NCBI GenBank assembly: GCA_963668175.1 | Contig: OY764159.1 | Location: forward strand, 3,744,001-3,808,000 | DNA from: Syntrophales bacterium | GTDB taxonomy: Bacteria > Desulfobacterota > Syntrophia > Syntrophales > PHBD01 | Direction: 5' to 3' | DNA: 64,000 nt | Translations under genes and position numbers: made by a program | Shown: one piece after another, positions 57,510-64,000 of the stretch | Layout of the letters: each line of letters opens with the position of its first letter | Position numbering within the stretch: position 1 is the first letter of the stretch | The notes under the pieces: generated by a model | Databases searched by the model: none | Told to the model about the DNA's origin: nothing | What the model saw: the letters and a program-made list of their open reading frames with translations, nothing else

Positions 57510-58814
57510 ATGAAAATAGCGGTCGCGACGCTGGGCTGCAAGGTCAATCAATACGAATCGGCGGCCATGATGGAGGCCCTCGATGGATTTACGGTCGTCC
57601 CTTTCGAAGCTGTTGCCGACTGTTATCTCATCAACACATGCACGGTCACGGGAAAGACCGATTACCAGTCCCGGCAGCTGATTCGCCGGGCGCTCAGGAA
57701 CAATCCGGGAGCGACCGTCATCGTGACCGGTTGCTATGCCCAGAGGGCCCCGGAAGAGATAGCCCGTATTCCCGGCGTAACCCTTGTCGCCGGGAATGAA
57801 GAAAAGGCCGATATCGGCCGCATCCTGAAAAGCCTGTCCCGAACGCAAACCCGCATTCTGGTCGAGGACATCCGGAACCGAAAGCGGATATCGAATCTCG
57901 CCGCCACGTCCTTCGCGGGACATACGCGCGCTTTTCTGAAAATCCAGGACGGCTGCAACGCCCATTGCAGCTACTGTATCGTCCCCCTGACGAGAGGGCC
58001 GGCCCGAAGCCTCCCCATGCCGGAAGTCCTGTCGCAAATCGAGCAACTCTCCGGCAAGGGCTACCGTGAGGTCGTACTCACGGGCATCCATCTCGGAGAA
58101 TACGGCCGCGATCTCGATCCTTCCGCCTCTCTGGCCGGCCTTGTGGCCCGCATCCTGGCGGCCGGTAAAATCGAAAGGCTCCGTCTGAGCTCCATAGAAC
58201 CCGGTGAGATCACCGATGAATTGCTGGATATTTTCAGGCAGTCCCCGATCCTTTGCCGCCATCTCCACATCCCCCTCCAGAGCGGAGACGACCGCATCTT
58301 GAGGGCGATGGGGCGGGACTACGATACGGCCTTTTACCGGAACCTGCTCGACAGAATCGTCTCCGCCGTTCCCGACATCGCCGTCGGTATCGACGTCATG
58401 GCCGGCTTTCCGGGCGAAGACGAAGAGGCATTCGCCAATACCGGGCAATTCGTTGCATCGCTTCCTGCGGCCTACTTCCATGTCTTCCCTTATTCAAGAC
58501 GTCCGGGCACGAAGGCGTCTGCCATGGCGGCGCAGGTCGGGGAAAACGACAAAAAGCGGCGGGCGGAGATTCTGAGGGGTATCGGCAGGGACAAAAAAAA
58601 GGCCTTCATGGAAAAGCTCATAGGAAAACGTCTGGCCGTTCTCATAGAGAACGGGAAAAAAGTAAATTCGGGCCAGGTCAAGGGCCTGTCCGAACATTAC
58701 ATGCCGGTCATCATTACCAACGGAGAACAGTACCATGGGAACCAAATTGTCTGTGTGGTTGCAGAGCATCTTCAAAACGGATTCCTCGTCGGATCTGCCG
58801 CTGACCCTGACTGA
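57510..58814 (+). CDS. mtaB: tRNA t6A37 methylthiotransferase
   Basis: TLGCKVNQYES, INTC.VT, QDGC...CSYC, RLSSIEP, HVFPYS.R.GT. Confidence 0.92.
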   Translation: MKIAVATLGCKVNQYESAAMMEALDGFTVVPFEAVADCYLINTCTVTGKTDYQSRQLIRRALRNNPGATVIVTGCYAQRAPEEIARIPGVTLVAGNEEKADIGRILKSLSRTQTRILVEDIRNRKRISNLAATSFAGHTRAFLKIQDGCNAHCSYCIVPLTRGPARSLPMPEVLSQIEQLSGKGYREVVLTGIHLGEYGRDLDPSASLAGLVARILAAGKIERLRLSSIEPGEITDELLDIFRQSPILCRHLHIPLQSGDDRILRAMGRDYDTAFYRNLLDRIVSAVPDIAVGIDVMAGFPGEDEEAFANTGQFVASLPAAYFHVFPYSRRPGTKASAMAAQVGENDKKRRAEILRGIGRDKKKAFMEKLIGKRLAVLIENGKKVNSGQVKGLSEHYMPVIITNGEQYHGNQIVCVVAEHLQNGFLVGSAADPD

Positions 58815-59538
58815 GGACAGGCTTTCCCTTCTCAGGATTCTGGAAGATAATCTTTCATACCGTTTCAACGACATAAGGCTTCTGGACCATGCCTTAACGC
58901 ACCGTTCCTTCGTCCATGAAAACCTCGCCCTCTGCTGCCGGGACAACGAGCGCCTGGAATTCCTCGGAGACGCCGTGCTGCAGTTGTGCATCAGCGATAT
59001 TCTCATGAAAAAATATCCGGGACATACGGAAGGCGTCCTCTCCAAATTGCGGGCATCATTCGTCAACGAAAGACCCCTGGCCGATCTGGCCCGGCAATAT
59101 CGTATCGGCGAGGCACTGCTTCTGGGCAAAGGGGAGGAGAACTCCGGAGGAAGAAAAAAATCTTCTCTCCTGTCCAATGCCTTTGAAGCCGTCATGGCGG
59201 CCATCTATCTGGACGGCGGCTTTTATAAGGCTTATGTCTTCATCGAAGCGTTATTTACGCGCTTCATTGCCGAACAAGGTTCTTCCCAGGGTTATGCGGA
59301 CTACAAAACGGCCCTGCAGGAACTCAGCCAGGAATATTTCAAGGAGGTGCCGAAGTATTCCCTGATCGGGGAAGAAGGACCGGATCACGATAAGACCTTC
59401 GAAATGCAGCTATCCCTGGCAGGAGTCATCACGACAGCCGGCAGAGGCAAGACGAAGAAGATGGCCGAACAGGATGCCGCCAGAAAAGCCCTGGAACAGA
59501 TGCGGGACCTGGAAAAAGAGGAAAAGACGGATGACTGA
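58735..59538 (+). CDS. rnc: Ribonuclease III; start uncertain
   Basis: ALTH.S, NERLEFLGDAVL, dsRBD DYKT.LQE...GP.H...F. Confidence 0.95.
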   Translation: MGTKLSVWLQSIFKTDSSSDLPLTLTEDRLSLLRILEDNLSYRFNDIRLLDHALTHRSFVHENLALCCRDNERLEFLGDAVLQLCISDILMKKYPGHTEGVLSKLRASFVNERPLADLARQYRIGEALLLGKGEENSGGRKKSSLLSNAFEAVMAAIYLDGGFYKAYVFIEALFTRFIAEQGSSQGYADYKTALQELSQEYFKEVPKYSLIGEEGPDHDKTFEMQLSLAGVITTAGRGKTKKMAEQDAARKALEQMRDLEKEEKTDD

Positions 59539-59601
59539 AAGGCGCCGCCCGCCGGGACGGGAAAGCAGCCGAATGTCACTCGCGGAGAGAACAATAGGGT
59601 C

Positions 59602-60663
59602 ATGCCCCTGATTATTCCGATCTTCATCAAAAACCGCGGCTGCCCGCATCGCTGCATTTTCTGCAACGAGAGCATGATTGCCGGGGAGCATCCCGATGAT
59701 ATCACGGAGGCTTCCGTACGCTCTATCGTGGAACAATACCTGGCGGGGACGGCGAAGAAACGGGGGGGTATCCAAATTGCCTTTTACGGCGGCAATTTCA
59801 CCGGGCTGGATGAAGACGAGCAAACAAGGCTTCTGGGACTGACAGAGCCTTATCTCGAAACGGGCCGGGTCCAATCCCTCAGGATATCCACACGGCCGGA
59901 CGCCATTGACAGAAGAATCCTCGACAGACTGTGCACATACCGGGTCCGTACCGTTGAAATCGGCGTCCAGTCCATGAACGACGAGGTTTTAACGCTTTCG
60001 GAAAGAGGGCACACGGCCCGGGAAGCTGTGGAGGCGGTCCGCCTCCTGAAGGAAGGGGGGTTGGAAGCGGGTGTACACCTGATGGCCGGTCTCCCGGGTG
60101 ACAATCCGGAAAGGTTCTCGGAAACGGTGGATGCGGTGATCGCCATGAAACCGGCAATGATCAGGATTCACCCGGCGATTGTTTTTCGAGGCACCGCGTT
60201 GGGCCTGCTGTACAGCACCGGCGGCTACCGGCCCCTGTCTCTGGACGAAGCCGTATCGCTCTGCAAAACGGCCGTCGCAAGATTTGCCGCCCGCAACATC
60301 CCGGTCGTCCGCCTCGGCCTGCAGACCACGAAAGAGATGGAAGCCCCGGGCAGCATCCTGGCCGGTCCTTTCCACCCGGCCTTCGGAGCCCTCGTCTATG
60401 AGTCCCTCTTCTGCGACATGGCCAAGGCGCTTCTCTCCCGCCGGTCGCAGCCTGAAGAAAAGGTTGCGTTTCGCGTGTCTCCGGCCGATGTTTCGCATCT
60501 GCGGGGCCGCGGCCAATCCAATCTGAAGGCCTTGAAAGAAGCCTTCGGGCTTTCGGAAATCACTGTCGCATCCGATGAAAACCTCAGGCGCGGCATGCTG
60601 TCCATGCAGGCAGAAGCACTTGGTGCCCCTCCCCTATCCACGTCCCTGTCCGACCTGGTATAG
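59602..60663 (+). CDS. Radical SAM protein (Elp3/HemN-like, rnc-associated)
   Basis: GCPHRCIFC, AFYGG.FT, ISTRPD, E.GVQS, AGPFHP. Confidence 0.88.
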   Translation: MPLIIPIFIKNRGCPHRCIFCNESMIAGEHPDDITEASVRSIVEQYLAGTAKKRGGIQIAFYGGNFTGLDEDEQTRLLGLTEPYLETGRVQSLRISTRPDAIDRRILDRLCTYRVRTVEIGVQSMNDEVLTLSERGHTAREAVEAVRLLKEGGLEAGVHLMAGLPGDNPERFSETVDAVIAMKPAMIRIHPAIVFRGTALGLLYSTGGYRPLSLDEAVSLCKTAVARFAARNIPVVRLGLQTTKEMEAPGSILAGPFHPAFGALVYESLFCDMAKALLSRRSQPEEKVAFRVSPADVSHLRGRGQSNLKALKEAFGLSEITVASDENLRRGMLSMQAEALGAPPLSTSLSDLV

Positions 60664-61197
60664 GTCCGAATGCTGGCGGTGCTTCTGCCAGTTATCGAGA
60701 TACTTCGCGGCCAGATCCCGGTTCTTAATGATCAGGAGATTTTCCGCGTTGTTTTCCTCGGCTGCGCGGGAGAAATTGAAGCTTCCCGTGATGACCGTCT
60801 CCTGATCGATGATCATGATCTTGTTGTGGGCGATGTTGTGCCTGTCGTCGATATAAGTGGGAATCCCCTTATGGGCCGTAAAATCCGCAGCGCTGTACCG
60901 GTCGGAACGGTTCGATTTGTCAAGAATGATCTCTACCTTCACATTGCGGCCTGCTGCCTCCGCAACGGCCTGGGCGATGGGTTTGGACGTAAAGGAATAA
61001 GCCTGTATCTTGATCTCCGATTTGGCTTTGCCGATTTCGGCTACGATCGCTTCGGTACAGCCCCCATGAGGACTGAAATAGACCCTGACCTGGGAAGTAT
61101 CAATCTTCTGCTCCTTTTCCTGGGCACAGGAAAAGAGGCCCCCGATCAGTATTAATACGGCTATAAGAACAGCGGCTTTATTCGTGCCATGATGCAT
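60634..61197 (-). CDS. Phospholipase D/Nuc-like endonuclease lipoprotein with an intact HKD motif
   Basis: Lipobox LFSC; FSPHGGC, QAYSFTS, HNKIMIID, TGSFNFS, NAENLL; AAGGAG RBS. Confidence 0.88.
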   Translation of the reverse strand: MHHGTNKAAVLIAVLILIGGLFSCAQEKEQKIDTSQVRVYFSPHGGCTEAIVAEIGKAKSEIKIQAYSFTSKPIAQAVAEAAGRNVKVEIILDKSNRSDRYSAADFTAHKGIPTYIDDRHNIAHNKIMIIDQETVITGSFNFSRAAEENNAENLLIIKNRDLAAKYLDNWQKHRQHSDLYQVGQGRG

Positions 61198-61354
61198 ACG
61201 ATATATCTCCTTCTTTCGATTGTCGGCCATGTCTATAAGATACGGGCCGTTTTCGTCAAGTGTCGACTTTGCGTGTCGTCGCCGGCCCTTCGCGACAACC
61301 GTTGCATAGATACGTATGAGGTGGTATAGAGTTTTTTTTACCAAGGGGAGCGAT

Positions 61355-62248
61355 ATGTTCAAATCCGGTTTCATCGGTATCATTGGCAGGCCTAATGTAG
61401 GAAAGTCGACCCTGCTCAACGCCGTTGTCGGCGAGAAGATCGCCATCGCCACCCACAAGCCGCAAACGACCCGCAACCGCATCACGGGCATCCTGAACAC
61501 CGAACAGGGGCAGTTGGTCTTCGTGGACACGCCGGGCATACACAGGCCCGAAACCATGCTTAACAGGCAGATGGTCGCGTCGGCCAACGAAACCTTCAAG
61601 AATACCGATATTCTTTGCCTTCTCGTGGATGCCGTTGCCGGATTTCACCGGGACGACCGCCCGGTCATCGATTCCGCAGGCCTTGCGGGCCTGCCCCTCG
61701 TTCTCGTCATCAACAAGACGGACCTCATCGTGAAGACGAAGCTCCTGCCGCTCATGGATGAGATACGGCGATATCGCGATTTCGAGGCGATCATACCCGT
61801 TTCGGCCTTGACCGGCGAAGGCATCGCAGACCTTATCGGCGTGCTCTGGAAGATGCTTCCGGAAGGCCCTCCCTACTTTCCCGAAGAGATGATGACCGAC
61901 CGGTCGGAACGTTTCATTGCCGCGGAGATGATCCGGAAACAGATTATCGTCCTGACCCACCAGGAGGTTCCCTACGCCACGGCCGTTATGGTGGACGCCT
62001 TCAAAGAAATCGAATCGAAGAATCTGATCCGCATCCAGGCGACCATTCATGTGGAGAAGGAATCCCAGAAAGGCATCCTGATAGGACGGAAAGGGGCGAT
62101 GCTGAAAAAAATCGGCACCCGGGCCAGGGAAGAGATGGAATCCTTCTTCGGGGCGAAGGTCTTTCTGGAGCTGTTCGTGCGGGTCCAGAAGGATTGGACC
62201 GAGGACGAGCGCATGCTTCGCGAATTCGGCTATTCGGGAAAGACGTGA
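61355..62248 (+). CDS. era: GTPase Era
   Basis: GRPNVGKS, PQTTR, DTPG, NKTD, KH domain GILIG..G. Confidence 0.96.
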   Translation: MFKSGFIGIIGRPNVGKSTLLNAVVGEKIAIATHKPQTTRNRITGILNTEQGQLVFVDTPGIHRPETMLNRQMVASANETFKNTDILCLLVDAVAGFHRDDRPVIDSAGLAGLPLVLVINKTDLIVKTKLLPLMDEIRRYRDFEAIIPVSALTGEGIADLIGVLWKMLPEGPPYFPEEMMTDRSERFIAAEMIRKQIIVLTHQEVPYATAVMVDAFKEIESKNLIRIQATIHVEKESQKGILIGRKGAMLKKIGTRAREEMESFFGAKVFLELFVRVQKDWTEDERMLREFGYSGKT

Positions 62249-62349
62249 TCCCCATCGACTCGCTCTCCCCAACCGTATAAGCCAGGCCGATTGCCCCATT
62301 AACAGCTTGTTGAAAACCTCGATATTGATCGGGCCGCGCCCCCTGCATA

Positions 62350-62529
62350 GGGGGTGTTCAAAAATGTCCAGATGTAAGGCGCGCAAAAGCCGAGGAATAA
62401 GGCATACATAGAAGTATGACGATTGACGAGGCTTACCCCCTCAGAGGGGGCGCGGCAGCGCAACGTCACCTGAAGGTGATAAACCCCCTGAAGGGGACAA
62501 GCAACAGATGGGCGTTTTTCAACAGCCTG
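62350..62529. mobile_element. Non-autonomous MITE-like element (about 180 bp) with imperfect terminal inverted repeats
   Basis: Left end GGGGTGTTCAAAAATGTCCA vs right end (reverse complement) AGGCTGTTGAAAAACGCCCA, 15/20 identical; several internal hairpins; no coding capacity. Confidence 0.7.
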
Positions 62530-63999
62530 TCAAACGGGCAGGTGCTGGGGACGAAGGAGATCGTTAACCGTCTTCACGGGATTGAACGTTTCGATGGGGA
62601 CTTCGATAAAGACCGTATTCCACAGGGACATGGAGCCGTTCCACAACCCAGGAAGTTCGAGGGCTTTCAATTTCCGGCCCTTTTCCGTCTTTTCGGAAAT
62701 AGAGACCGCTTTTTCGTCGACATACCGGCCCAGATCGAACTTCTCCCCTTTATAATCCTTGACCCCGCAAACGATATCCACGGGATTGAAATGTGTCGCC
62801 GACTGCCAGGCCGCCCGCTGCTCTTCCGACGTTTGATCGACCTGGAAGGATTCGACGATCTGGAGAGTCTGGCCGCCGTCATTCTCGTCCACCCAGAAGG
62901 GACCGCCGCCCGGTTCCCCTTCGTTCCTGACCATCCCGCAAACCCTGACAGGACGGTTCAGCTGTCTCCACAAGACATCTTTCCTTTCGCTCGCGGAGAG
63001 GTTGTCGAAGTGGGGGGGCAGGGCCGCCGGAAGCCGCCTCTTGCAGAAGGCCGCCACATCCCGCAGGACGGACGCGCTCGCTTTCGCATTGTCCAATCGC
63101 CGCAGGTTATGAAAAATCTCGTCCTGGAGGCGCACCAGGTATCCGCCCAGGACTTTCTTGTAGAGGACCGTCGCGCCTTTGATCCGGTCGGGAACGATAT
63201 TGTCGATATTCTTGATAATGACGATATCGGCGTCGATACGGCCCAGGTTTTCAAGAAGCGCTCCGTGACCGCCCGGCCTGAATACCAGGTTCCCTTCCTC
63301 ATCCCGGAAGGGCCTGTTTTCGAGATCGACGGCGATGGTGTTCGTCGATGATTGCTGCGTGGAGATGCCGACGTCGAAACTCACGCCGTAACGGTGGCCG
63401 TAGCCGTCGAGTATCCGGGAGAGGCAATCCCTCACCAGGGTTTCATGCTCCTCGGAAACGGTGAAGTGGATGCGGCAGACCTGGCTGGCGTCGCGGGCAT
63501 AGAGGGCCGCTTCCGTAAGGTGCTCCTCCAGGGCCGTCCTGCTTCCGTCGGCATAGTCGTGGAATTTCAACAGGGCCTTGGGCAGCATCCCGTAGTCGAG
63601 CCCCCTGGAGGTCAGGACATACGAGAGGACATCGCCATATCTCCCGGCCTTCATCAACTCGGCAAGGTCATCACCGGCCTTGGATGCAGCGGCCTCCAAA
63701 TCCCTATAGAAGGCGTAACGGCCGAGGGCCGCGGCAAACTCGCCTTCAGCTTCTGGCGTTGGGAAAGACCCCTGCTCCATAACCTGAAACCAGCTCTGAA
63801 ACATGCGGCTGGCCGCACCGGAGGCCGGCACAAACTTGACGACGCGGCCTTTTTTTACCTCGTCATCGTATGCCCGGACCAGTCTGGCCTCTTCCTTTGC
63901 CGGGATAACGATAAGACCGTCAGCGATCCGGCAGGGCCGGTTCAGCCTTATAGGAACAGCTCCGCGGCTCAGGCAGTTTACCTGCGCTTCAAGCTTCTC
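62530..63999 (-). CDS. DUF4301 family protein; 5' end outside the window
   Basis: KFVPASGAASRMF, FRPGGHGAL, KNIDN, GEPGGGPFW, LELPGLWNG, FNPVKTVNDLL; frame open to the window edge. Confidence 0.9.
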   Translation of the reverse strand, partial: EKLEAQVNCLSRGAVPIRLNRPCRIADGLIVIPAKEEARLVRAYDDEVKKGRVVKFVPASGAASRMFQSWFQVMEQGSFPTPEAEGEFAAALGRYAFYRDLEAAASKAGDDLAELMKAGRYGDVLSYVLTSRGLDYGMLPKALLKFHDYADGSRTALEEHLTEAALYARDASQVCRIHFTVSEEHETLVRDCLSRILDGYGHRYGVSFDVGISTQQSSTNTIAVDLENRPFRDEEGNLVFRPGGHGALLENLGRIDADIVIIKNIDNIVPDRIKGATVLYKKVLGGYLVRLQDEIFHNLRRLDNAKASASVLRDVAAFCKRRLPAALPPHFDNLSASERKDVLWRQLNRPVRVCGMVRNEGEPGGGPFWVDENDGGQTLQIVESFQVDQTSEEQRAAWQSATHFNPVDIVCGVKDYKGEKFDLGRYVDEKAVSISEKTEKGRKLKALELPGLWNGSMSLWNTVFIEVPIETFNPVKTVNDLLRPQHLPV

Positions 64000-64000
64000 A

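Overview
A gene-dense, GC-rich chromosomal window from an anaerobic deltaproteobacterium. Gene content suggests Syntrophales/Desulfobacterota (inference). I found no rRNA, tRNA, CRISPR array, prophage or transposase. In order, the window holds: a partial acetylene-hydratase-like Mo/W-bisPGD enzyme; cpxRA-like genes divergent from an orphan flgD plus a TPR gene; a Tat flavoprotein with a heptaheme cytochrome; uppP; a FapA/DUF342 protein; an IorAB-type Mo enzyme; two tandem secreted Lys-rich repeat proteins; a lactate permease behind a structured leader; and a sigma54-driven CoA-transferase/hbd/acyl-CoA dehydrogenase/thiolase operon with its likely activator. After several housekeeping genes comes the most notable locus, a polyhydroxyalkanoate (PHA) granule island (about 41.4-48.6 kb). 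It contains phaE-phaC (class III), a GAF-only gene, phaJ, a coiled-coil protein, four tandem paralogous small helical proteins that look like an unannotated phasin family, and a divergent phaR with a PhaR-type box beside their promoter. The window ends with a 2-oxoacid:ferredoxin oxidoreductase operon whose delta subunit is fused to a GltD-like flavoprotein, vWA-OmpA, panE, mtaB-rnc-radical SAM-era, a MITE carrying mini-hairpins, and a partial DUF4301 gene. All family assignments come from motif recognition by eye, not database searches.
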